A stretch of 64,000 bases of DNA. It comes from the human T2T-CHM13v2.0 reference genome, Homo sapiens. Positions 10,191-22,289 of this stretch are shown one piece after another. The DNA is taken from assembly GCF_009914755.1 (NCBI RefSeq), contig NC_060938.1, one strand, 5' to 3'. The position numbers were made by a program, and so were the translations under genes. Each line of letters begins with the position of its first letter. Positions within the stretch are counted from its first letter, which is position 1. The notes beneath the pieces are model-generated. The model searched no databases, had not been told where the DNA came from, and worked only from the letters and a program-made list of their open reading frames with translations.

Positions 10191-13100
10191 TCCAAAGCAC
10201 TGCTGAGTTCTGATGCTATGCCGACACTTTGCAAGGAGAGTGAGTACAGAGGTGCACCTGGAGGGCAGGTCTGGGCTGAGCGTTGAGGAGGGTATTACCC
10301 TACAAAGATACCTTACCTTTTCCCAAATCGGGCGGGTTGTCCTAACCCGCTTGGCCCTATCCTTCTCAGGTTCCTCTTTCAGTGGCACCCAGGGTTCTTT
10401 CCAGAACAGTACGTCTTCTGCAGCCCAGGGTTCTGCCTTCTTTCCTAAACTGCGTGAGAACTTTCCTGATGTCCAAGACACTGTCCGTTGTGCCGCAGCC
10501 CTCTTTTTTCTCTAGCCAGAGCACACACTCAACCGTTTTTGAGAGAAACCTTCCACCTGGCCTGCTTGTGAGCAGCTTCAGAGCTCTGCAGGGGTGACAA
10601 GGGCTGTGGCTTCCTGGAAAGGTCACTCTCAATGGCGCCTTTTTCACGAATGTGAAAGTCTAGGCATCAGAAAGGTTAATTATTGGGTGCATAAAATCTC
10701 CTAAGAGCAAAGGAAAAAACCCCATTTCTGAGGCGTGAGTCTTGTGAGCCATTTTCATCAACCCACTTAAGTGGACAAGCTCCAAAATGCAACCTGAAGC
10801 TACTGACTATTTAGGCATTTTACACTTGAAATCATTGGTCTCATCTCAAGTCAGGCCTGGCTTGCCAGTGGCTCAGAGCCACAAATGGGACCTGATACCT
10901 CAGGAACAGATAGTGTTCCAGCTTTACCAGAGGAACTTTTAAGACGTGGAGCACTTGGGGTCATTTGAAACCCGCTATCTTCAGTAGGGACTTTTACTTC
11001 TACAGAGCATGTGCATTTTGATTTTATCTGTCCTCAAGCTGACCCTTTGTTCATTTTAATAGTAAAAAACACATTCCTGGGTGGAGATTTAAGATGCTAG
11101 TGAGGCATGCAATGTATGCACAAATATGTACAGCTACTGCACATCTGTACCCAGAAGACCAGTCAGAACACGCTTACTATAACACTTCTTTCCACCTTCT
11201 TATGAAATAATCATGCAAAACTCCCATAAAGAGGGTTTCTCCAGCAATAATTAATGCTGTCTCACTTTTACAAGCAGGCTGCCCTGGAATCTCTTTCTCA
11301 GACTGTACCGTCTATTCTGCACTTAATTTTCAAAATATTCTTTTTTTTGCAATAAATTATGCTGTACTTCTTTTGCTATGTGTCTCTTGTTTAAATTCTT
11401 TTAAACTATGAAGATAAGAACCAAGGTATTACATCAGCCATCAACATTTCTGGTGCCATGACCTGGGGAGACGTCTGTCTGCTTCATTAATTTCAGTTTC
11501 CCTTTACTTGCAGTGAATACTATGGCAGTTTCAGACTACCTGGTTAACTATCGCTGCTTGTTCCAGCGCTGTTTCAGTAAAGTTCTGGGGGAAACGTTTT
11601 TAAGTCACCTGCATTCTTTAGAGAGAGAATATATGTCCGCTCTCCTTTTCGCTGCGGCTTCTGTAGTATCGATAAATACACTAACCACATGGGTTGCCCT
11701 CAACATTTCATATTTGGGCTATTTGCCGCTCAGTTTCACATCTTTCTGGCCACAGTTTAGACTCAGCTTATCGTTTGCTGTCCTTTCAGCAATACTCGAT
11801 CGCCACCTGGTGGCTATTGTAATTTATTTTCTGGTCAGGTTTTCTGTTTACAAAATTTTTGTTTTGCTTTGAGCAGCACATTAAGAGAACCCTGTCCCTT
11901 CAGGCTTTATGCATTTCCCAGCTCCTTGAAATTGTTCTTCAACCGGCTTTCTTTGCTGAACAAAAGATGCACAGTCATGTAGATGCCCAGTCGTAGGGAT
12001 TGCATCTGAGCATTCCAGGTGTTGTAATTAGGCATCACGAATGGCAAACCAGTGAATTAGGGCAAGGCTTGTCAGCCAGACATCTGCCCCCCAGCCCGCA
12101 GTGGGGGTCATCTCCGTAGGGCTGGAGATGTCCACCGCTGGGGGGAGCTAGGACGGTGTATGGCAAATGCCTATGACCTCCTAGAGCTTCAGTTAATGGG
12201 GTTTCGAGGGGAAGTGCTGAACCCCTTGGTGTTTTCAGTTGCCTCATGAGGACGCCCACAGCTTCCTGGACTTCAGTAAATGTTGTGTCATTGCAGGATT
12301 CTCTCGGCACCATGGGAGCCGCTTCCTCTACTGTCACTGAAACACCCCTGGGATGTATATCTAAAAATTAGAACAGCTTTTGGCTAAATGAACTTAGAAA
12401 AAAGAAAACCTTATCTTCTTTTGTAACACTGTTTGGCCTGCCTACAGATTAGCTGACAAAACATGGCTGGAGAATGAGACTGTGAACTTTAACTCCATCC
12501 TACAGCTAGATGTTTTCTGTAGTAATCAGGGAAAATGGTCTGAAGTATCCTATGTGCAAGCCGTTCTGGGCTGACAACAAAATCCAGCTCTATGCAGCAC
12601 CTGTGGGCTAAAGCCTAGTAAGCCAGAAAGCCCCTCAGAACAATTGGAAGATCATCTCTTATTAAGGGGAAGGCACCCCAGACCCCACAGCCGAACACCA
12701 GCTCCAGACAGGGGCACTCAGGGGTCCACACCTCCTTTAGAATCCCCAGCATCCCAACACTATCAGAGTCTTCTGTAGAATCTAAGCTTGTTTCACCTCC
12801 TCCTTATGCTCCTTTCTATCGGCCTTTGCCAGGTACAATAGAGACCAGCCCAGCTGCAGTTACTCACAGTGGGACTTCACACGATCCAGGGCCAGAGAAA
12901 TTGCTCCCCTTAAAGTAAGTCCCAAATTGAGAGAGGACCATCAGAGTGCTTGTTCTACTCTCAATAAATGATCTAATCCAATATAAGCAACAACTTTGAT
13001 GGCCCTCAGACAACTTCAGCGCATTTACTGAAGGCTTCCAGGCTCTAACTTTGACCACCATTCAACTTCACCATCCATAAACGAACCGAATGACTGCTGC

Positions 13101-13926
13101 CAACTTAGCTGCACAAAATTTTGCTTATTAGCAAAAAATAGAAAATACTTAAAACGTTTGTTGCTTTCACCATTTAATGCAAAATACTTTTGCAGCATAA
13201 ATGTCACCATAAGGTGGAGCCTTGGGAATCCAGTATAAACTATCTCAGAAAACCTCAATGGGTCCACAACAAGCAGCAGAGGGCCTCAATAGACTTCAAC
13301 AACGTCTGGACTCCATGGCCACTGTAGTACGACAAAAGCAAAAAGCCTGGAATATTGTCCCAGCCGGGCAAAGAGGAACATGTTTATATCCAAAAGAAGA
13401 ATGCTGTTTTTGAGATCAATCAGCCCGGTTTAGTCCAAGAAAATATTAATAATATCATCACCCAGGCAGACAAAATTGAATCTCTAGGAACTTCCATGGG
13501 ACCATGAAAGCAATGTCTATTACCTGCCTTAATCTCTTTAATAGTAACAGCCATTACTATACTTTCAGCTTTTACTTTTGTTCCAATTTTGTTTAAAATG
13601 TTAACTGATTTCTTGCTCTCTTGCTTACGGCAACTCCATGTTTGCATGATGGTTTTGCAAGGCTTTCAACATTTGGCTGCCAAAATCTTGCCCACTGGTT
13701 CCACGAATTACATGGTTTACAGCCACTTAGATCACACAGGAAGAAACTTTAGGGCCCAGACTAGGCAGAAATAACACCCACTCAGCAGGAAACAGCTCCA
13801 GAAAAAGTGACCTAGCCCCTCAACCTCCAATATGATTATGACCTTAAGATCTCTTAGGGGGAAACTGAGGCAGAATAGATCAGAATAGGTAGTCAAGAAA
13901 ATGACCATGATCTCGGGATACAGAAA

Positions 13927-14890
13927 TGTGGGGAAAAGAAAGAAAGATCAGACTGTAACTGTGTCTATGTAGAAAGAAGTAGACATAAGAGGCTCCATTT
14001 TGCTCTCTACTAAGAAAAATTCTTCTGCCTTGAGATGCTGTTAATCTGTAACCCTAGCCCCAAACCTGTGCTCACAGAGACTTGTGCTGTGTCAACTCAA
14101 GGTTTAATGGATTTAGGGCTATGCAGAATGTGCTTTGTTAAAAAAGTGCTTGAAGGCAGTATGCTTGTTAAAATTCATCACCACTCTCTAATCTCAAGTA
14201 CCCAGGGACACAATACACTGTGGAAGGCCGCAGGGACCTGTGCCTAGGAAAGCCAGGTATTGTCCAAGGTTTCTCCCCATGCGATAGTCTGAAATATGGC
14301 CTCCTGGGAAGGTCGAGACTTGACCATCCCCCAGCCCGACACCCATAAAGGGTCTGTGCTGAGGAGGATTAGTAAAAGAAGAAGGCCTATTTGCAGCTGA
14401 GATAAGAGGAAGGCATCTGTCTCCTGCTCATCCTTGGGCAATGGAATATCTCGCTGTAACACCTGATTGTATGTTCTATTTACTGAGATAGGAGAAAACT
14501 GCCTTAGGGCTGGAGTTGAGACATGCTGATGGCAATACTGTTTTTAATGCACCGAGATGTTTGTATACATGCACATCAAGGCACAGCACATTTTCTAACT
14601 TTGTTTATGACACAGAGACATTTGTTCACATGTTTTCCTGCTGACCCTCTCCGCACTATTACCCTATTGTCCTGTCACATCCCCCTCTCCAAGATGGTAG
14701 AAATAGTGATCAATAAATACTGAGGGAACTCAGACCAGTGCCAGCGTGGGTCCTCTGCATGCTGAGCGCCAGTCCCCTGGGCTCACTTTTCTTTCTCTAT
14801 ACTTTGTCTCTGTGTCTCTTTCTTTTCTCAGTCTCTCATCCCACCTGATGAGAAACACCCACAGGTGTGGAGGGGCAGGCCACCCCTTCA
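13927..14890 (+). mobile_element. HERV-K(HML-2) solo LTR5 (LTR5B-like) nested in the ERV1 3' LTR
   Basis: Starts tgtggggaaaagaaag, ends ggccaccccttca; 964 bp; aataaatactgagggaactcagacc at ~14712; degenerate TSD cagaaa/ttgaaa. Confidence 0.93.
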
Positions 14891-15070
14891 TTGAAACTGT
14901 GGTAACTGTACAGCCAAGACAATGAGCCTTAGCATTCGCATTGTAATTGGGCTCATTCAAGCAAAGCTATCTTCATTAAGAACTTTCTGTTCTAGAGAGC
15001 ATGTGCATTTTGATTTTACCTGTCCTCAAACTTAACTTTTGCTTATTTTAATAGCAAAAGTACACCCCCC

Positions 15071-15368
15071 AGCTGGGCACGGTGGCTCACACCTGTACTC
15101 CCAGCACTTTGGGAGGCTGAGAAGAATGGATCACTTGAAACCAGAAGCTCAAGACTACACTGGCCAACATAGTGAAAGCCCATCTCAACTAAAAATACAA
15201 AAATTAGCCAGGTATGGTGGTGCATGCCTGTAATCCCAGTTACTCAGGAGGCTGAGGCACGAGAATGGCTTGAACTTGGGAGGGAGAGGTTGCAGTGAGC
15301 AGAGATTGCACCACCACACTCCAGCCTGGGCAACAGAGCGAGACTCTGTCTCAAGCAAACAAACAAAA
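15071..15368 (+). mobile_element. AluS nested in the ERV1 3' LTR
   Basis: Full Alu; flanking aaaagtacaccc / aaaaatacactcc. Confidence 0.95.
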
Positions 15369-15782
15369 ATACACTCCTGGCTAGAGGTCTAAGATGCTAA
15401 TGAGACATGCAAAATATGAGTAAGCATGTACAGCTACTGCACATGTGCACCCAGAAGACCACTCAGAACAGGCTTACTAGCAGCTCCTCTTCCCCCCTCA
15501 TTATTAATAATAATATAAAACTCCCATAAGGGGGTTTCTCCAGCGACAATCCACGCTGTCTCACTCTTATGAGCAGCCCGCCCTGGAATATCTCTCTCAT
15601 GGTGTACTGTATTCTGCACTTAACTTTCAAATTTGTTTTCTTTTCCAATAAATTATGCTGTACTTCTTTTCTGTGTGTCTCTTGTTTAAACTATTATAAA
15701 CTAAGAAGACAAGGACCGAGGTATTACATCAGCTCTCAACACAGCAATAAATCAGCCTCCTTCCTGTGGGCATAGTCCATGC

Positions 15783-18700
15783 AGAAAAGGAGTCACATCA
15801 CCTAGGTGCTGGACCCAGAGATACATCACAATTTATCCTATGCACAAAGTTAAGGGGATAGAGGAGAGTCATATTAGTTTCTGGCCCAGGGATATGTCAC
15901 AATGGCTCCTGTGAGCAGAGATCAGGCAGAATAATCACATAACGGTTGTGCTGGATACAGCGATAAACCACGCTTTCATCTGTGAGAACGACCCAGGCAA
16001 GAAAGAAGAGTCACAACATTTAGGTGCTTGCTGCAGAGGTACATAACAATATCTCTTATGGGCAAAGCCCAGGAAAGAGAGGAGAGTCACATCTCCAAGG
16101 TACTAATGTAGAAATATGTCACAAAAACTTTTTAGGCAGGGCCCATGCTGGATCTTCTTATCTTCCAGATGTTAGGTGCAGGGATATGTCAGAATACCCA
16201 AAATACACAGGGCTTAGTCAAAAAAGGAAAGCCACATCACCTAGGTTCTGGGTCTAGACATATATCACGTCTCTTTTATGGGAAAACCTCAGGTGAAAAA
16301 GCAGTTCACATCAAATAGTTGTTAGGCAGAGAGATATGTCACGTTGTCTCCTGCTAGGCCAAAGACTCACATCTTCTTGGTGCTAGGCCCGTGTTCACGT
16401 ATAAATATTCAACCAGAGATGAAATGGTGGCTCATTTATAAACGCAGCTTATAGGCAAGGGAGGACTCCCCTATCCTGACCTAGTTAATTGTAATGACGT
16501 TGACTCTCATACCCGGGCTTAATGCCACAGCTATGATCATGGGTCCCTACCAGCAGGAAGGTCTCAAAGTTGATTGCAACTGTCATTCATACTGTATAGC
16601 GCCATTGGGTAGTACACAGAGAGTGCTAACTGGGTCGAGCACACAGGTGAGACTGTGGAACTCATATGCACACCCAGCCAACAGTAAATATTCTCATCCT
16701 CTCACAGGAACACAGGTCACTGTTGAGGTGCTGAATCTCACACCTGTAGTCAGCCAAAGGTGGGAAAAATTGACTTATATATGGATATATATGTCCATAT
16801 ATATCCATGGGTTGGTGAGTCTCAGACCAAGATTCAGCACAACTGTGAGGCTGTGACTTCACTAAGGTGACACAGTCTGCAGAGGAATTGAGGCTCTCAT
16901 GCACAAATCCAGTCTGGTGTTGAGATGGTTACTTGTGGGCTTAGACCCAACATACAAGAGGTGTTGAATGTCATGCCTACAACTGTGACAGTTGTGGGAT
17001 TGTTAATCTTATTCCCGGACCATTCTGCAGGTTTCATGATGAAATTTCCCAGTGCCTAGCACCTGAGTGACTTGACGCTCTTGCATGGACCCAGCCCACA
17101 GATGGGATATTAACATATTGCTGGATCCACCACCTTGAGGGTGCAACTGTATTCTCCTTCCTTGGCACTGCCCACAGTGAGCATTTTGACATTGCTAGAC
17201 CGTGCACCCAGGTGATGTGAGTCTCCTCTTCCACCTTAGCCTGCCCACAGGAAGCATTGTTCTATATAGCATGGCCTGGCACCCAGGTTATGTGACTTTC
17301 CAGCTTGTGCCTATATGGGACACTGTGGTATATTGCTGGGTCCACTACCCAGGTGATGTAACTCCTCTGCCTGGGCCCTGACTGCAAGGGGCATTGTGAC
17401 AGATCTCTGTGCTCACTGGCCAGGTAATGTGATTCTCTTTTCCTGTCTGGTCCCTTTACACAGAAGAGATTGTGACATGTTGCTGGGCTTAGCACCAAGT
17501 TGATGTGAATCTTCTGCCTGGATCAAGTTCACAGAAGGCCTTGTGACATACCTCTGTGTCCACTACCTATTTGATGTGACTCTCCTCTCTTACATGAGCA
17601 TTGCCTATAAGAGAGATTGTGACATATCTTTGGGCCAAGCACCGGGATGATGTGACTCTTCTCCCTGCCTCGGTCATGCCCACAAAGGGAAGTGTGACAT
17701 AACTGGGCACAGCACACAGGTGAAGTGATTCTTCTGCATGGTCCCTACCTACAGGAGTCATTGTCAAATACCTCTGGGCCCATCATCTAGACTATGTGAC
17801 TCTCTAGTTCTTCCTAGGGCCTGCTCACAGTAAGGATTAAGACATATTACTTTGCCCAGTACCTACATGATGTGACTTTTCTCTCATGTCTGGGCTCCAT
17901 CTTGGAGATGAATGTGACACACAGCTAGGCCTGTCCCCTAGGTTATGTAACTTCTCCTTTTTCAAAATCCTACTCACCAGGGGCATTGAAACATCTCTCT
18001 GCGCACTTCACTTAGGTAATGTTACCCTGTTGCCTGGAGCCTCCCCTCAGGGGGTATTGTGACACATTGCTGGACCCAGTACCTATGTGATATGCTCTCT
18101 TTTCTTGCCTGGGCCCTGTATACATTGTGTATTGTAATATATGGCTGGGTTCAATGACTAGATGATTCAATTCTTACGCGTAGGCCCTACCCACAGGGAC
18201 ATTGTGACATTTCTTTAGCTCTGACTCTCCTCTTCTGCCTTAGCCCTGCCAAAAACAGAGGTGGTGAAATATAACTGGACATAGCAACCAGCTAATATGA
18301 CTCTCCTCTTTTGCGTGCACTGGCATATTTTGGGTATTGTGACATATCATTTATCTCAACACCTGCAGGATGAAAGGCTCCTTCCTGAGCCCAGCCATCA
18401 GTAAAAATTGTCATTCTCCCACATGGACACAACCCATAATTGAGGTTCTGAATCTCACACCCAGAGGCAGTCAAAAGTTGGAAAGTTGGCTCTCATAAGT
18501 GGATGTTGTCCACAAGTGGGTTTGTGAATCCCTGAACAAGATCCAAAACACTTGTGAGGCTGTGACTCCATTAAGATAACTCAATTTTCGAAAGGCATTA
18601 AGTCTCTCATGGAAAAATCCATTCCACCATTGAGATTGTGACTTATGTACATGGACCCAACATACAGGAGGCCTTGACTCTCATACCCAGAACTGGCACT

Positions 18701-18890
18701 TACGTGGGATTGTTAATCTCACTCAGGGACCTTACTGCAGGTGTGATTCTGACGTACACCTCTATGTGGGATAGTTAATCTCACTCAGGGACCTTACTGC
18801 AGGTGTGATTCTGACGTACACTTCTATGTGGGATTGTTAATCTCACCCAGGGACCTTCCTGCAGGTGTGATTCTGACGTACACCTCTATG
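15783..18890. repeat. Diverged 68-bp beta-satellite (BSR) in two opposite-orientation blocks, plus BSR-associated sequence
   Basis: Plus-orientation motifs gagtcacatcacctaggtg and cagagatatgtcacaat at ~15783-16390; reverse complements (ttgtgacatatct, ccaggtgatgtgactct) at ~17060-18390; a ~370-bp non-68-mer segment repeated at ~16672-17040 and ~18390-18750. Confidence 0.85.
18704..18890. repeat. 62-bp tandem repeat, 3 near-identical copies
   Basis: gtgggattgttaatctcactcagggaccttactgcaggtgtgattctgacgtacacctctat at 18704, 18766 and 18828. Confidence 0.95.
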
Positions 18891-18892
18891 TA

Positions 18893-18972
18893 CGTTGCAG
18901 TGAGCCGAGATTGCACCACTGCACTCCAGCCTGGGCGATAGAGTGAGATTCTCCCCCCCCCCAAAAAAAAGA
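18893..18972 (+). mobile_element. Alu 3' fragment
   Basis: gttgcagtgagccgagattgcaccactgcactccagcctgggcgatagagtgagattctc followed by a C/A tail. Confidence 0.92.
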
Positions 18973-19194
18973 GGCAATGACGTTGCTTCCTGCCTCTGCC
19001 TGAAGTTAGGGGTCTCTGACCTCTGCTGGCACCTAGCAGTCAAAGTGGATGGGGTCAGGGGTCAACTCTCAGCCAAGCACAGGGCCCTTCCCCTCTTGCT
19101 ACCCCACACAGGTGAAGCTGCTGGTCATGGCTAACCTGGAGTTGCTCTGTGTCCCACAGTTCCCTGCTGAACCAGTAATATTTATGGGGCACAG

Positions 19195-20375
19195 TGTGAT
19201 GTTTCACTGCGTCATACTATATGGTACAGTGTGATGCAGTGAAACATCACATTGTACTCTGTAAATATATATAATTATCATGTTAATTATATGATGTTCC
19301 ACTGCATCATACTACACGGTACACTGAGATGCAGTGTAACATCACACCATACTCCGTAAACATATATAACTATCATGTGTTAATTACGTGATGCTTCACT
19401 GCATCGTCCTACACGGTACAGTGAGATGCAGTGAAACATCACATTGTACTCCATAAACATATGAAACTATCATATGTTAATTACGTGATGCTTCACTGCA
19501 TCATACTACACGGTACAGTGAGATGCAGTGAAACATCACATTGTACTCCATAAACATATGAAACTATCATGTGTTAATTATGTGATGTTTCACTGCATCA
19601 TACTACACGGTACAGTGAGATGCAGTGAAACTTCACATTGTACTCCGTAAACATATGAAACTATCATGTGTTAATTACGTGATGCTTAACTGCATCATAC
19701 TACACGGTACAGTGAGATGCAGTGAAACATCACAGTGTACTCCGTAAACATATGTAACTATCATGTGTTAATTACGTGATGCTTCACTGCATCATACTAC
19801 ACGGTACAGTGAGATGCAGTGAAACATCACAGTGTACTCCATAAACATATGTAACTATCATGTGTTAATTACGTGATGCTTCACTGCATCATACTACACG
19901 GTACAGTGAGATGCAGTGAAACATCATATTGTACTCCGTAAACATATATAACTATCATGTGTTAATTACGTGATGCTTCACTACATCATACTACACGGTA
20001 CAGTGAGATGCAGTGAAACATCACATTGTACTCCGTAAACATATATAACTATCATGTGTTAATTACGTGATGCTTCACTGCATCATACTACAAGGTACAG
20101 TGAGATGCAGTGAAACATCACATTGTACTCCATAAACATACGTAACTATCATGTGTTAATTACGTGATGCTTCACTGCATCATAGTACACGGTACAGTGA
20201 GATGTAGTGAAACATCACATTGTACTCCGTAAACATATGTAACTATCATGTGTTAATTACGTGATGTCTCGCTGCATCATACTACACGGTACAGTGAGAT
20301 GCAGTGAAACATCACATTGTACTCCACAAACGTGGACAATTATGTTAATTATATGATGTTTCACTTCATCACACT
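19195..20375. repeat. 97-bp tandem array, about 12 copies, each with an 18-bp inverted repeat
   Basis: acacggtaca (acaaggtaca in one unit) recurs every 97 bp at 19314, 19411, 19508 ... 20284; arms GTGATGCTTCACTGCATC and GATGCAGTGAAACATCAC. Confidence 0.97.
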
Positions 20376-21080
20376 GAACCACATACACTGTACAGTGATC
20401 CAACCAGAGTAATTAGCATATTTAACACTTCAAACATTTATTTCCTTGTGCTAATAAAGTTCAAAATCCTCACTTCAAGCTATTATAGAATAAAAGGTAC
20501 ATTATTATTAGTTATAGTCATCGTGCTGTGTAATAGAACACCAGGATTTATTCTTCCTAACTGTAACTTTGTAACCCAGTGACAAAGCTCTCCCCACTCC
20601 CTCATCCTTCTGCCATCACTAACCTCTGGTAACCACCATCCTACTGTCTACTTCTATGACATGGACTTCTTCAGATTTCACGTGAGTGAAAGCACGTGGT
20701 CTTTTTCTTTCTGTGCCTGGCTTATTCCACTTAACATAATGTCCTCTAGGCTCATCCATGTTGACAAAAATGACAGAACTTCATTCTGTTTTATGACTGA
20801 ACATTATTCCTGTGTATGTGTGTGTGTGTATAACATTTTCTTTATTCATTCTGTAGATGGGCACTTACACACTGTTGGTAGGAATGTAAGTTAGTACAAT
20901 CATTTCCCATTTCTATAGGGAGAACAGTATGGAGGTTTTTCAATAAATTATAAATAGAACTACCATATGATCCAGCAATCTCATTGCTGGGTTTATATCA
21001 AAAGGAAACAAATTAAGCACGTCAAAAAAGAGAACTGCACTCTCATATTTATTAAGCAGTATTCAAAATAACCCAAACCA
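20376..21080 (-). mobile_element. L1MA 3' end (minus, to ~20865) with a short plus-oriented L1 piece (~20865-21080)
   Basis: gtaattagcatat..ttcaaaatcctc..ctgtgcctggcttattccacttaacataatgtcctc, then cacactgttggtaggaatgtaagttagtacaa..gaactaccatatgatccagcaatc. Confidence 0.85.
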
Positions 21081-22289
21081 CTATTTCTTCTAAGTATTTC
21101 TTAATTTACCTTTTTTTCATATATTACACCCTAAGCTTTTAAAGGTTTCATGTCTGGTTTCCAATTTCTGAAACTTACGAGTCACTGATTCTTTGTTGCC
21201 TTCCTATTTAGAGAGTCTGGTAAAACAATTAAATGCTTTTTATTTCTTCTCAATCTAATCTTCATATATAAATATATTTATATTTTCTATTAATTTGCCT
21301 TCTATAACATATATGACTACATTAATTGTGATCAGCATTTCACTTTACTAGCCCTCTTTTTGGCTCAGCCTATTTTAATATGTAATTTGTATGTTGTACA
21401 TTAAATTGTTTTACAACACTTTCAATACTTTACTTTTCATTTGCCTCGTTTCCAAAGATAGCTTGACAAGCTCGTAGTTTCTTTCCACATTATTTTTGTT
21501 TCTTGTTTTTCCATTATATTGACTTAAACATTTAAATATAAATTCAATATCTGAGATTTATGTGCCATATAATTTCTTCTGATGCTTCACCCCAGTAGCT
21601 CATCTCCTTGTGTGCAACATAATTTATAATTTAATCCTCATATATGGGAGACACCGCATTCCAATGCCTGCAGGCAGTTTCTCTTTGTTTATTCCATTTG
21701 CCTTGTCAGAAGGGAACAACCCACATGGACTTGACGTTCTTGTAATCAGATGCGTCTGAGTGGTGCCCTGGCCTCTTAGGTTGATTACTTCTCTGGATCA
21801 TTACCTTTATTTACTTCCAGTCCTGGGAGGTTTTCTTAATTTCCTTTCAACTATATGGGGCATTCTGTGAATTCTTGTAACTTCTTGGTGATTTTAATTG
21901 TCTGCATTAAGTGTTTAAAGTATATTATTTTTCTGAAAAGCAGAAATATCAATAATTGCATATATGAGTGAAATATTTTACATAGATTTTCTATGGCATC
22001 TATCACCATGAGAAATTCCAAGTTTTTTTTCATTTGAAACACCCCTCTCATCAATAGACCATATTGTAATAATTTGTAGAGTGTGATTACTTTTATATCA
22101 TTAGAAAATTAATTATATATTATGTACATATTTTTGAAATACTCCACTGCAATAAATAGTATATGGTTAGAAGTATTGTTTTCTCTAACATAAAACTAAT
22201 ATGAGTAAAATTATCTACCTGAATTCAGACCTTTTGGCTTCAATGGCCATTCTGCCCCATTAGTACTTCTCTGATCCATAAAAGACATC

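Larger units (their letters stand above)
10952..15740 (+). mobile_element. Internally deleted ERV1 provirus with MER66-like LTRs
   Basis: 5' LTR (5'-truncated) ~10952-11445 ends ..catcaaca; PBS tggtgccatgacctggg (tRNA-His-like) ~11450; gag MA relic from ATG 12312 (MGAASSTVTETPLGCI); env TM relic 13222-13780 (LQQRLDSMATVV..GTCLYPKEECCF); PPT agggggaaac; 3' LTR 13866-15740 homologous to the 5' LTR. Confidence 0.8.

Noticed and set aside
10086-10647. Overlapping 93-131 aa ORFs next to the ACRO1-like repeats
   Set aside because: No recognisable homology; at most part of a non-coding exon.
13222-13780. Syncytin-like captured env gene
   Set aside because: Only a stop- and frameshift-broken TM relic; no SU domain or signal peptide.
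19195-20375. CRISPR array (palindromic repeats with regular spacing)
   Set aside because: The spacers are near-identical rather than unique, there are no cas genes, the DNA is primate, and the unit derives from an L1 tail.
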